A DNA stretch of 64,000 nt from Armatimonadota bacterium (GTDB lineage: Bacteria > Armatimonadota > UBA5829 > DTJY01): positions 50,960 to 114,959 of the forward strand of contig JAGONM010000007.1 of the NCBI GenBank assembly GCA_017993055.1, read 5' to 3'. Within the stretch, counting starts at the first letter, position 1, and each line of letters opens with the position of its first letter. Under the pieces are notes generated by a model. It worked only from the letters and a program-made list of their open reading frames with translations, did no database searches and had not been told where the DNA came from. The position numbers and the translations under genes are program-made. Shown piece after piece: positions 27,121 to 36,121 of this stretch.

Positions 27121-28040
27121 TTTGCCTCGCGAGGACGCTTGTCGTTCTGTCGCTGGCGTTCACACTGACAGGATGCGCCGCGGAGAACGCGCGCCCGCAG
27201 TTCGAGGGCGAGAAGGCGTTTGCGATGCTCAAGAGGCAGTGCGACTTCGGCCCGCGCCCGCCCGGTACGGCGGAGCACGTCAAGACGCGGGACTTCCTCC
27301 TCGGCGAGTTGAAGAAGCACTCCGACCGCGTCGCTCTCCAGAGCTTCAACCACGCGCATTCCACGTCGGGCGAGAAGCTCGACATGTGGAACGTCATCGC
27401 CTCGTTCGGGCCGACCGAGGGCAGGGAGATACTGCTCTGCGCACATTGGGATACACGTCCGACGGCGGACGAGGAACTCGACGCCGAGAAGCGTAGACAG
27501 CCGATCATCGGGGCGAACGACGGCGCGTCGGGGGTGGCCGTCCTGCTCGAACTGGCGCGCATGTTCAAACTTCAGCCGCCGAAGGTCCCCGTGACGATCG
27601 TGCTCTTCGACGGCGAGGACTACGGACCGACGGGTGACGACATGTACCTCGGCGCGAAGTACTTCGCCTCGAAGCTCGAAAAGCCCGAGAACGTCCGATA
27701 CTGCATCCTTCTCGACATGGTCGGGGACAAGGACCTCAACATATACCGCGAACGCCATTCCAACGGGTCTGCGCCCGAAATCGTCGCCAAGGTGTGGAGG
27801 GCGGCCAGGAAACTCGGATACGGGAAGTTCTTCATAGACGAGCCGAAGTACGCGATCACCGACGACCATATCCCGTTGATCAAACGCGGCATCCCCTGCA
27901 TTGATGTTATTGACTTCGATTACGCCTACTGGCACACTCACGAGGACACTGTAAACAGGTGCAGCGCAGAGTCACTTCGGATCGTCGGAGAGACGGTGGC
28001 AGAGGTGGTGTACTCAGAGCAAGCATCCCCGCGCGACTAG
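27114..28040 (+). CDS. M28-family peptidase / glutaminyl-cyclase-like lipoprotein
   Basis: HWDTRPTAD, GANDGASGVAVLLELAR and LFDGEDYG. The GTG at 27114 gives a lipoprotein signal (M)RLCLARTLVVLSLAFTLTGC. The ORF-track start at 27072 would translate the heptamer array instead. Confidence 0.7.
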   Translation: MRLCLARTLVVLSLAFTLTGCAAENARPQFEGEKAFAMLKRQCDFGPRPPGTAEHVKTRDFLLGELKKHSDRVALQSFNHAHSTSGEKLDMWNVIASFGPTEGREILLCAHWDTRPTADEELDAEKRRQPIIGANDGASGVAVLLELARMFKLQPPKVPVTIVLFDGEDYGPTGDDMYLGAKYFASKLEKPENVRYCILLDMVGDKDLNIYRERHSNGSAPEIVAKVWRAARKLGYGKFFIDEPKYAITDDHIPLIKRGIPCIDVIDFDYAYWHTHEDTVNRCSAESLRIVGETVAEVVYSEQASPRD

Positions 28041-28666
28041 CGTTCGATGAGGATCGCGCGGGCGGGCGCACCGTCCAGCCCCTTGACCTTGATCGGCAGG
28101 CAGACAAGGAAGTACTGCCCTGGGGCTACCTCCCGCAGATCGAGACCTTCGACCGCGATCACCCCGGATCCGAGCAGCCTCAGATGCGTGGGGTGGTTAC
28201 CCGAGCGGAATCGGTCCACCGATAGATAGTCAACCCCAACGAGCCGGACTCCTCTTTCCACCAGCCACGAAGCCGCGCCGGGATGTAGATACACGAAGTT
28301 CTCGTGGAACTCCTTCTGCCCCCACAGAAGGGAGTTAGCTGTCTTGATGAGTACGCGAGTGCACCGATTCGGCAGAGCGCACGACTCCAGGTCCGCGACC
28401 GTAATCACCTCCGGCGAATCCACCTCGCATACGACGCAGTCGCCGACGAGCACATCGAGCGGGAGTTCGTCAACCTTCGAACCGCCCTCGACGAAGTGGA
28501 ACGGCGCGTCAACGTGAGTGCCTGCGTGCGAGCAGAGTCTCAGCAGCGAGACGTTCGCACCGTCGCCGCGGGCGATACGGCTGATCGGCTCGATCTCAAC
28601 ACGCGGATCGTTTCCATAGGTGACCATGTCCTCGGAGATCGTGAGCGATATGTCTCGGACCGTCAT
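28037..28666 (-). CDS. cyclase family protein (kynurenine formamidase-like)
   Basis: CSHAGTHVDAPFHF matches the HxGTHxDxPxH cyclase motif. The start is set at MTVRDISL (ATG 28664-28666), giving an ATGA overlap with the lnt stop. Confidence 0.75.
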   Translation of the reverse strand: MTVRDISLTISEDMVTYGNDPRVEIEPISRIARGDGANVSLLRLCSHAGTHVDAPFHFVEGGSKVDELPLDVLVGDCVVCEVDSPEVITVADLESCALPNRCTRVLIKTANSLLWGQKEFHENFVYLHPGAASWLVERGVRLVGVDYLSVDRFRSGNHPTHLRLLGSGVIAVEGLDLREVAPGQYFLVCLPIKVKGLDGAPARAILIER

Positions 28667-30171
28667 CCGGATACCCCCGATCGGCGGCGGTCGCGAATCG
28701 CATTGACGAGCGCCGCAATGGAGATGCCGAGCGCTGCATAGGCGAACCAGTCGCCGTGACGCGTATAGAACGTGGTGCCGTCCAGAGCTCTGACTTCGGC
28801 AGAGACCGTGCCTTTTTCCCATATCGGCACCTCCCCCACCACTCTGCCCCTCGGATCGAGTATGCAGGAGACACCGGTCGCAGCAGCCCTGAGCAGGTAT
28901 CGGCGGTTCTCGACCGCGCGGAGCACCGACATCCGGGCGTGCTGCTCGGCGGCGGCCGACCGGAGGAACCATGCGTCGTTTGTGATGACGCAGAGCAATT
29001 CCGCTCCTGATAGCGCCAGGGTCCGCGAGATGTACGGGAAGGTTGACTCGAAGCAGATCGCCACGCCTATCCGGCACGGCCCTCCGTAGAGCAGGTTGAA
29101 CCCGCGGCCGGGAGTCAGGTCAACCGGCGTCACCCGATAGTTGTCCAGCAGGGGCAGTGTATCACGCCACGGAACGAACTCGCCGAACGGCACGAGCCTC
29201 ACCTTCGCGTATCGCGAGACCATTCCGTCTTCCGGAACCGTCAGGAACGCGGAGTTGAATATCCGACCGCGCAGGTCCTCGTCCCGGCCGCCGACTACCA
29301 GCGAAGCGTTCACCTCTGCGGACAGGGACGCCAGCCAGCCCTGCAGATACGGCTCACTGCCAGGGAATCCGGGCACGGCGGTCTCAGGCCAGACGATCAA
29401 TTCCGCGCTCTTCGAGGCAGCATCGCGTGTCATCCTGCGGTAGGTAGTAAGGCATTTATCGTAGTAGTCGAGGTCCTCATCCGTGTCCTGGTCAATGTTG
29501 CCCTGGACGACGGCCGCGCGGATCGGCTCTCCATTCACTGGAGTGTTGAGCGAGAGCAGGCCGTAGCCGATCACGATGGCCGCGATGAGCGCCGTCACGC
29601 CCGCCTGGGCATACCACCCCCCGAGACTGCGATTCTCGTCCCACTCGGAAAATGCATTCGCGAGGGCGGAGTTCACGAGGGCCACGATGTATGAGACCCC
29701 CCACACCCCGGTGGCCGCCGCAAACTGGATGACCGGAAGCGCGGGCGCCTGGGAGTAGCCGACATCGCCCCATGTGAAGGCGAGCAGACCCTGCGCACGC
29801 AGCCACTCAAAGGCGACCCAGAGCGCCGGCAGGACAAGGAACCTAACCCACCCACTCACCCGCCCGGTGAAGATGCTCGCGCACAGAGCAAAACCGGCGA
29901 TGTACAGGGACTGGAAGATCACGAGCAGCGTCCACGGGAGCCCACCAAATATACGAATCCACCACAGAAGGCTGCCGAAGAACCCCAGCCCGAACAGGAA
30001 GCCGCAGAGCGCCGAGAAGGCAGGCTCTCTATTCACTGCGACATAGAAGAGCGGTACGAGGGCCACCCACGCCATCGTGTGTAATCCCGCCCCAGGGAAG
30101 GCGAGTGACAGCGCGATACCTGACACTAACGAGAGGAGAAGCGTGACGATCATATTCGGCTCACACGGCAC
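28663..30171 (-). CDS. lnt: apolipoprotein N-acyltransferase
   Basis: N-terminal multi-TM region plus a CN-hydrolase domain: VVQGNI, VWPETA (Glu) and VAICFES (Cys). Confidence 0.85.
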   Translation of the reverse strand: MPCEPNMIVTLLLSLVSGIALSLAFPGAGLHTMAWVALVPLFYVAVNREPAFSALCGFLFGLGFFGSLLWWIRIFGGLPWTLLVIFQSLYIAGFALCASIFTGRVSGWVRFLVLPALWVAFEWLRAQGLLAFTWGDVGYSQAPALPVIQFAAATGVWGVSYIVALVNSALANAFSEWDENRSLGGWYAQAGVTALIAAIVIGYGLLSLNTPVNGEPIRAAVVQGNIDQDTDEDLDYYDKCLTTYRRMTRDAASKSAELIVWPETAVPGFPGSEPYLQGWLASLSAEVNASLVVGGRDEDLRGRIFNSAFLTVPEDGMVSRYAKVRLVPFGEFVPWRDTLPLLDNYRVTPVDLTPGRGFNLLYGGPCRIGVAICFESTFPYISRTLALSGAELLCVITNDAWFLRSAAAEQHARMSVLRAVENRRYLLRAAATGVSCILDPRGRVVGEVPIWEKGTVSAEVRALDGTTFYTRHGDWFAYAALGISIAALVNAIRDRRRSGVSG

Positions 30172-30203
30172 GCGTAATGCGCGAAAGTTCGAACACCTCG
30201 TGC

Positions 30204-30233
30204 ATTATAGCCGTCTCGCCGCCCGACACGCAA
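30204..30233 (-). promoter_or_regulatory. sigma70-type promoter for lnt
   Basis: Minus strand: TTGCGT (plus 30228-30233), 18-nt spacer, TATAAT (plus 30204-30209). Confidence 0.55.
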
Positions 30234-30234
30234 C

Positions 30235-30263
30235 TTGAACCCAGGCGCGCGTTCTGCTAACAT
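30235..30263 (+). promoter_or_regulatory. sigma70-type promoter for the lipoprotein gene; probably yields a leaderless mRNA
   Basis: TTGAAC (30235-30240), 17-nt spacer, TAACAT (30258-30263). The ATG at 30270 is only 6 nt beyond the -10 box and has no SD. Confidence 0.55.
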
Positions 30264-30269
30264 AGCGGC

Positions 30270-30932
30270 ATGAAGTTCGGCGCCGTGAGAGCCCTATGCG
30301 TCGGAGCGTTGACTGCCCTCGCGTTCTCGGGATGCGCGCGGACTCCGGAAGGGTCTGTGATCATCCCGGTACGCGCGTTCACGGTCACCCTGACGACGGC
30401 GGCGGCTGTGAACGACGACTTCTACTACTACACCGTGATTGACACCGACGGCGGAGGCGCGGGCCCGCTCCCCGTGTTCCCCGGGGTGATCCCCGGTCAG
30501 GGATGGGTGACCGGCTCCGCAACCCATTTCGTTGAGTACCACCGGGGCCAATTCACGCTGTGCAAGTTCCTCGATCTCGAACAGTTCCAGTACGTCAGAA
30601 TCGGGACTCCGATCAACGCGAGCGCCTCGGGCCAGACGATCACTTTCACGATTGACCTCAACGACCTCGAGGCCAACGGTGAGTCCATAGACCTGAACTT
30701 CATCACAATGGACTATCCGCTCGCCCAGCGCCGGAGTATTGACGCGCTGATAGCAGGGAGCGCTTCGACGCTCAATCTGCTCATCACCTCGGACAGCGAC
30801 CCCGACAACGACAGCTTCGGATCGCTCGAGCAGCCCGACGATCTCTTGAACGAGAACGGCTCGCCGGTCGCAACCTCAGAAATCACGAGGCCGCTCGACA
30901 TGATAGGCTGGCGCATCAGGATAGACATCTAG
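30270..30932 (+). CDS. hypothetical lipoprotein
   Basis: Lipobox LAFSGC after a positively charged, hydrophobic N-terminus. No recognisable family. Confidence 0.6.
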   Translation: MKFGAVRALCVGALTALAFSGCARTPEGSVIIPVRAFTVTLTTAAAVNDDFYYYTVIDTDGGGAGPLPVFPGVIPGQGWVTGSATHFVEYHRGQFTLCKFLDLEQFQYVRIGTPINASASGQTITFTIDLNDLEANGESIDLNFITMDYPLAQRRSIDALIAGSASTLNLLITSDSDPDNDSFGSLEQPDDLLNENGSPVATSEITRPLDMIGWRIRIDI

Positions 30933-30970
30933 CAGTTCGCGGATAGATGTCGCAGGCATAGAGGCCGCGG

Positions 30971-33157
30971 CTAGTAGTAATACTCGCCCATGCCGGTGTC
31001 GAAGGTCTGGCCGTATTGGCCGATCCCGAAGCGGTCGTCGGCCTGAAACGCCTTCAGTCGCAGGTCGAGCATGATCCCCCTGTCCTTCCGGAAGCCGGTC
31101 TCGTCGGTGAAGACCAGAGAAGCCTCCCAGCAGTGCAGATCCCTCGTTATACGAAAGGCGGTGTAATCGAAGTCGTCGGAGTATCCGTTCCAGCTTACGA
31201 TGGCGTCGGCGCTCCACTTGCTGCCGATCTTAAGCGCCAGCCTGCCTCTCAGAGCGTCGAAACCTCCTTGAGGAAGGTTGTACCTCGATCCTACATCTAC
31301 CGAGAACCTGTCCGGATTCGCGTACCTGATCCTGCTGATGAGGGTGCGCCAACCACCGGCATTCAGGTCATATCCGGTCGAGAGGGAACCGCCGAACCTC
31401 GCGCTTGGCGTAGCGGTCAGGCGGAGTGTAAGGTCCTGCCACGGCCGCGAGTCGCGTTCCAGATCATACCCCGTGGACACACTCCACCTGAGCCTCTGCT
31501 GATCCTGGTAGTCCCACACCCCGCGCAGGTAGTTGTACCTGCCCGAGTAGTCGAAACGGAACGGAGTGTACCCGGACGGGCGCTGATAGCTGTGAGTGAT
31601 GCGCGAGGTCGTGAACTCGTTGTATCGAGTGGTGAGAAGCGCGCGGGTGCGGATCACATGCTGAGCCATGTCCGACTCGTATACCGTCTGCCTGAACCCC
31701 GCAGCCATGCTGAGGTCGGTCTTTTCTCCGATCGGGAAGACCTTGTTCATCAGGTCGGCCTGAAGCATGAAACGGCCGTGATCCTCGCCCGAGGGCCGCT
31801 CGTAGTACCTGCCGTACGCGAACTTGAGCCTGAGCGGGAGATCGAGCGGCGGATTGTCCATCAGCCGATAGGTGTCGGTCTCGAGGGTCAGTTCGGGCAT
31901 GCGGTCGAGGCTGCTGTAGAAGTCGTCGCCGGTGTAGTCGCTTCCGTCGAGATCGTGCCGCTTGGTAATGAGGAGCGTCGAATCGAAACTAGCGCCGCGG
32001 TTGCTGAACTCCAGCTCGGTCTCCAGTTCCCTGTCGGTCCCGTCGAAATAGGAGGACCGGTACGACCTCATGTCCATCGAGATGCGCCCGCTGAAATCCG
32101 GCGTGAACTCCTGAGTGTGCCTGAGCGACGCGAGGCCCGTGGTGGTGTCCCCCAGCCCGCTCACGACGTTGCTCTGATACGAAAGCGCCGTCGAGCCGGT
32201 CCCTACCGTTCTGTTCAGGGCGACCCGATAGTTCCTGTAGGTGCTGGAAGGATAGTAGAGATAGCTGTTGGAGCGGTAGTCGCCGCTCAGGCTGACGTTC
32301 ACATCGCCGACCTGCTGGCGATGCTGGACGCTGCCGGAGAAGTTGTTCGCTCCGAGTTCCTGATCGCGCAGGAAGTAGACGTTGAACAGGCCCGATGCTC
32401 CGCTCCAACTGTAGGTCTGATCCGCGCCGACCCCGATACCCCGCCTCGACATCAGGTCGAGCTTCAGGAACCCCTGTACGCGCTCGGTCGCAGCGTAGGC
32501 ATAGGAGGTCTTCAGGAACATCCCCTCCTCGGCGCTCGAGCCGAGCTGCGGCAGGATGCTGCTCTTCATCCCCCTGATCGGGATAACGAAGGATCCGATG
32601 CTGAAGAGTTCCCGGTCCATGACCATGAAGGAGACCCCGCGAGCGACTATCCGGCTGTCCGGATATATCTCGAGCGTCCTAGCGGCAATACAGTAGTGAG
32701 GATGCTCCCGGTCGCAGGTGGTGAAGCTACCCGATCGAATCCTGAGGTTCGTCTCGTCGCCACTCAGTTCCTCACTTCGGATGAAGGCGCGGGCATCCGG
32801 GCTACCGGAGAAGGTTTGAGGCCCGAGCTGAGCGGCGGCCGATTCCAGCGACCAGTCCTTCGTCTTCAGATCGAGGACGAGCCTGGCGCCGGAGACCGTA
32901 TGCGTCTGCATCGCGAGGCTTACGTTTCCCTCGAAGACGGCGATGTTCGTACCGAGGTCGGCGGAGGCGGAGTCTGCAGAGACCTTGTAGCCCTCGTAAA
33001 TCGCGGTGACATTGCCTCGCGCGACCACCGTATCATCGGTGTGCCAGCGTACGTAGTCGGCGCTCAGGGTGATCGCGCGCTCGGCGGCGGAGAGGGCGGC
33101 CGATACGACGAACAGAACCGTTATGCAGGCGAGTTTTCCGAACAGCGAAGATCTCAC
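30971..33157 (-). CDS. lptD: LptD/OstA-like outer-membrane LPS-assembly protein
   Basis: OstA-like N-terminal repeat (ADYVRWHTDDTVVARGNVTAIYEGYKVSADSASADL..VFEGNVSL), a long beta-barrel-like C-terminus and an aromatic terminus (EYYY). A GTG start at 33157 overlaps the upstream lptF/G stop (GTGA). The upstream part of the ORF track is rejected. Confidence 0.65.
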   Translation of the reverse strand: MRSSLFGKLACITVLFVVSAALSAAERAITLSADYVRWHTDDTVVARGNVTAIYEGYKVSADSASADLGTNIAVFEGNVSLAMQTHTVSGARLVLDLKTKDWSLESAAAQLGPQTFSGSPDARAFIRSEELSGDETNLRIRSGSFTTCDREHPHYCIAARTLEIYPDSRIVARGVSFMVMDRELFSIGSFVIPIRGMKSSILPQLGSSAEEGMFLKTSYAYAATERVQGFLKLDLMSRRGIGVGADQTYSWSGASGLFNVYFLRDQELGANNFSGSVQHRQQVGDVNVSLSGDYRSNSYLYYPSSTYRNYRVALNRTVGTGSTALSYQSNVVSGLGDTTTGLASLRHTQEFTPDFSGRISMDMRSYRSSYFDGTDRELETELEFSNRGASFDSTLLITKRHDLDGSDYTGDDFYSSLDRMPELTLETDTYRLMDNPPLDLPLRLKFAYGRYYERPSGEDHGRFMLQADLMNKVFPIGEKTDLSMAAGFRQTVYESDMAQHVIRTRALLTTRYNEFTTSRITHSYQRPSGYTPFRFDYSGRYNYLRGVWDYQDQQRLRWSVSTGYDLERDSRPWQDLTLRLTATPSARFGGSLSTGYDLNAGGWRTLISRIRYANPDRFSVDVGSRYNLPQGGFDALRGRLALKIGSKWSADAIVSWNGYSDDFDYTAFRITRDLHCWEASLVFTDETGFRKDRGIMLDLRLKAFQADDRFGIGQYGQTFDTGMGEYYY

Positions 33158-34233
33158 TCTTCCCGCCAGATGAGGTAGATGCCGATCAGGCCGAAGATGA
33201 TATTCTGCGACCAGCCGGCGACTAGCGGCGGCACCATTCCGCCCAGCCCGAGCGCCTTGCCGAGCCAAATGTTGTTCTGATAGAGAAACATGACGATGAT
33301 GCCTAGCAGTATGCCGGAGTAGCTTCCGCTGCGCGCGAACCGCAGGCCGAGCGGAGCGGCGCACAATGCGAAGACAAGGCATGACAGCGGCACCGACACC
33401 TTGAAGTGCCAGTTGACTTTCATGTCTCTAACCTCGCGGCCTACGTCGCCGAAGGCGGTGATCTGCTGTTTCAACTCGCCCAGGCTCATTTCCTCGGCCG
33501 TTCGCTGAGTCTCCCACAGTTCCTGCGAGACGCGGCGGAGGTTGAGCTTCATCGAAGGGAACGCCATCTCGTACTCCATAAGGCCGTCCTTGCCGAGCTT
33601 GTGCATCACGCCCTCGCGCAACGTCCAGAGGTTCTTGTCGTTCGAAGCCTCCTTGGCCGTGATGAGCGCCGGGAAGCCTTCAGCAGTAGAGGGCTGGTAG
33701 ATCATCACCTCTCGCAGCACGATCTTGTCCGTGGATGCACGCTCGACCCGGCCGACGTAGAACCAGTAGCCCTCGGATTCGAAGAACACCCTCTCCTGGA
33801 TGGCCGGAATCGCCTGTATGCCGTATATCTGGCGGACGGTCCGCTGTGACTGGCGATTCGCCCACGGGGTCACCGTCTCACCTATCCAGAGGGCGAGCAC
33901 GCTGCACAGCAGGCCGACGACGAAGATCGGCAGGAATATGCGCCGGAGCGGAGTGCCGGACATCCGGATGGCGGTGAGTTCGCTGTCGCGGGCGAGCCGG
34001 TTTACCGAGAGCGAGGTGGCAAAGAGCACGGCGAGAGGGAGTACCATCCCCATAACCCAGGGAATGCGGTAGGCGATCAACTTCGACGCCAGCCCGAAGG
34101 GCACCCCGAGCCTGACCAACTGCTCGATGTTGTCGAATATGACCCGCCCGATCAGGAGAACGACGAACGCAAACATGCTGATCAGGAACGGGGCGATCAT
34201 CTCTCTCAGGACGTAGACGTCCAGCTTCTTCAT
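33154..34233 (-). CDS. LptF/LptG family LPS export permease
   Basis: YjgP/YjgQ architecture: 3 TM, a periplasmic beta-jellyroll, then 3 TM. N-terminus KKLDVYVLREMIAPFLISMFAFVVLL. Confidence 0.85.
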   Translation of the reverse strand: MKKLDVYVLREMIAPFLISMFAFVVLLIGRVIFDNIEQLVRLGVPFGLASKLIAYRIPWVMGMVLPLAVLFATSLSVNRLARDSELTAIRMSGTPLRRIFLPIFVVGLLCSVLALWIGETVTPWANRQSQRTVRQIYGIQAIPAIQERVFFESEGYWFYVGRVERASTDKIVLREVMIYQPSTAEGFPALITAKEASNDKNLWTLREGVMHKLGKDGLMEYEMAFPSMKLNLRRVSQELWETQRTAEEMSLGELKQQITAFGDVGREVRDMKVNWHFKVSVPLSCLVFALCAAPLGLRFARSGSYSGILLGIIVMFLYQNNIWLGKALGLGGMVPPLVAGWSQNIIFGLIGIYLIWREE

Positions 34234-34271
34234 GGCTGATGGCGCTCCATGGGCACTTCAAGGCCGGGTGC

Positions 34272-34300
34272 ATTGTAGCACAGGCGGCGACTCAAGCCAA
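34272..34300 (-). promoter_or_regulatory. sigma70-type promoter for the lptFG-lptD operon
   Basis: Minus strand: TTGGCT (plus 34295-34300), 17-nt spacer, TACAAT (plus 34272-34277). Confidence 0.55.
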
Positions 34301-34302
34301 GG

Positions 34303-34331
34303 GTTCAAGCGGGAAGCGAAATACTGTATAA
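34303..34331 (+). promoter_or_regulatory. sigma70-type promoter for proS
   Basis: TTCAAG (34303-34308), 17-nt spacer, TATAAT (34326-34331). Confidence 0.6.
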
Positions 34332-34395
34332 TGGCGCTGTCTGTGCGGGGTGATCCGTCATGCACTCCCCCCGCCCGGCTGCATAGGAGGAAGAC

Positions 34396-36120
34396 GTGCG
34401 TTACACGAGGTTGTTCGCGCCGACGCTCAGAGAAGTGCCGGCGGATGTCGAGATGACGAGCCATGCCCTGCTGCTGCGAGCGGGATTCATCAGGCAGGTC
34501 GCGGCGGGCGTGTATGAGTTCCTGCCGCTGGGGTGGCGGGTGCTCAACAAGGTCTCGGACATCATCCGCGACGAGATGGACAAGGCCGGCGCTCAGGAGC
34601 TTCTCCTGCCCGCGCTCCATCCCCAGGAACTCTGGGCGGAGAGTGGCCGGGACGAGGCGATGCACGACGTCCTGCTCGGCTTCGAGGACAGGAGGGGCAC
34701 GAAGTACTACCTCGGTCCGACACACGAGGAAGTCATCACCGACCTGGTTCGGCGGAGCGTCCAATCTTACCGCGACCTGCCGCTCAACCTCTACCAGATT
34801 CAGATGAAGTTCCGCGATGAGCCTAGACCGAGGGGCGGCCTGGTGCGCGCCCGCGAGTTTCTGATGAAGGACGCCTACTCCTTCGACCGCGACGAGGATG
34901 GGCTAGACGCCGAGTACAACAAGATGTACGACGCCTACGTCTCCATCTTCGAGCGGTGCGGACTGCCGGTGACTGCCGTGGACGCGAGCGGCGGCGCGAT
35001 CGGCGGCAAGGAGACGAAGGAGTTCATGCTGCTCACTGAGTCAGGGGAAGACTCGATCCTGATCTGCCCGGGATGCGGGTATGCGGCGAACTCCGAGATC
35101 GCGGATTTTCGGCGAGTCGAATCACAGTCCGACGAGGCGCCGAAGGCGCTGGAGAAGGTCAGCACACCCGGCGCGCACACAGTCGATGAGGTCTGTGCGT
35201 TTCTGAACACGAAACCCGATCGTCTGGTCAAGACGTTGATCCTGATGGCTGACGGCAAGCCGGTCGCGGCGTTAGTGCGGGGCGATCACGACCTCAACGA
35301 GGGACGGTTTCGCGTGACGATCGGCGCGTCGAGACTCGAGATGGCAACGCCGGAGCAGATACTGGAGGCGACCGGCGGTCCCATCGGATTCAGCGGTCCT
35401 GTCGGCCTCGGGATTCCGATTTACGGCGACGAAGAACTTCGCGGGATGCGGAACTACGTCACCGGCGCGAACGAGGGCGACGCGCACCTGGCGAACGTAA
35501 ACTGGTCGGACGTGAAGCGGGAGATCACTTGGGGCCGGATCCGATATGCGATGGCCGGCGACACGTGCGAGGCCTGCGGAGCCGCTTTCGACGAGAAGCG
35601 AGGGATGGAGATGGGCCACATCTTCAAGCTCCGGTACGCGATCTCGGAGCCGCTCAACGCAACCTACACCGACGAGGAGGGCAACGACAGGCTCATCATA
35701 ATGGGCTGTTACGGCATCGGCGTGAGCCGCATCCTCTCGGCGGTAGCTGAGGTCAGCAACGACGAGAACGGCCTGATCTGGCCGGTCAGCATAGCGCCTT
35801 ACCAGGTGCAGCTGATCTGCACAAACGTGACAAACGAAGAGCAGGCGGCGCTGGCGGAGAGGGTCTACGCCGATCTGACAGATGCTGGCGTCGAGGTGCT
35901 CTACGACGACCGCGAGGACCGGGCGGGCGTGAAGTTCAAGGACGCGGACCTCATCGGAACGCCTATCCAGATCGTCGCCGGCAAGGCGGCGGCGGAGGGA
36001 CGCGTAGAGATTCGCGACCGGGCTACCCACACGGCGGAGATGATTAGCGCACCGGATGTAGTTGCGAACGTCAGGGCAAGGATGAGTCACCGACCGGCGA
36101 GCATCGGAGGGCAGACATAG
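34396..36120 (+). CDS. proS: proline--tRNA ligase (bacterial type with editing insertion)
   Basis: GTG start with AGGAGGA RBS. FRDEPRPRGGLVRAREFLMKDAYSF (class II motif 2), an INS domain, GCYGIGVSR (motif 3) and an anticodon-binding domain. Confidence 0.95.
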   Translation: MRYTRLFAPTLREVPADVEMTSHALLLRAGFIRQVAAGVYEFLPLGWRVLNKVSDIIRDEMDKAGAQELLLPALHPQELWAESGRDEAMHDVLLGFEDRRGTKYYLGPTHEEVITDLVRRSVQSYRDLPLNLYQIQMKFRDEPRPRGGLVRAREFLMKDAYSFDRDEDGLDAEYNKMYDAYVSIFERCGLPVTAVDASGGAIGGKETKEFMLLTESGEDSILICPGCGYAANSEIADFRRVESQSDEAPKALEKVSTPGAHTVDEVCAFLNTKPDRLVKTLILMADGKPVAALVRGDHDLNEGRFRVTIGASRLEMATPEQILEATGGPIGFSGPVGLGIPIYGDEELRGMRNYVTGANEGDAHLANVNWSDVKREITWGRIRYAMAGDTCEACGAAFDEKRGMEMGHIFKLRYAISEPLNATYTDEEGNDRLIIMGCYGIGVSRILSAVAEVSNDENGLIWPVSIAPYQVQLICTNVTNEEQAALAERVYADLTDAGVEVLYDDREDRAGVKFKDADLIGTPIQIVAGKAAAEGRVEIRDRATHTAEMISAPDVVANVRARMSHRPASIGGQT

Positions 36121-36121
36121 C

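Noticed and set aside
28667-29077. N-terminal 137-codon extension of the cyclase ORF (ORF track 28037-29077)
   Set aside because: The extension lies entirely inside the lnt coding sequence in another frame. The cyclase domain starts at MTVRDISL, whose ATG forms an ATGA overlap with the lnt stop.
31016-33178. 720-aa plus-strand ORF antisense to the lptD-like gene
   Set aside because: It is a shadow frame typical of GC-rich DNA. Composition is Arg/Gly/Pro/Val/Asp-rich, there is no RBS or recognisable domain, and the opposite strand has clear OstA/LptD features and proper GC3 bias.
33158-33382. N-terminal extension of the lptD-like ORF to the ATG at 33382
   Set aside because: It overlaps the lptF/G gene by 229 nt and encodes Arg/His-rich junk. 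A GTG at 33157 (GTGA overlap, GGAAGAG RBS) gives a normal signal peptide.
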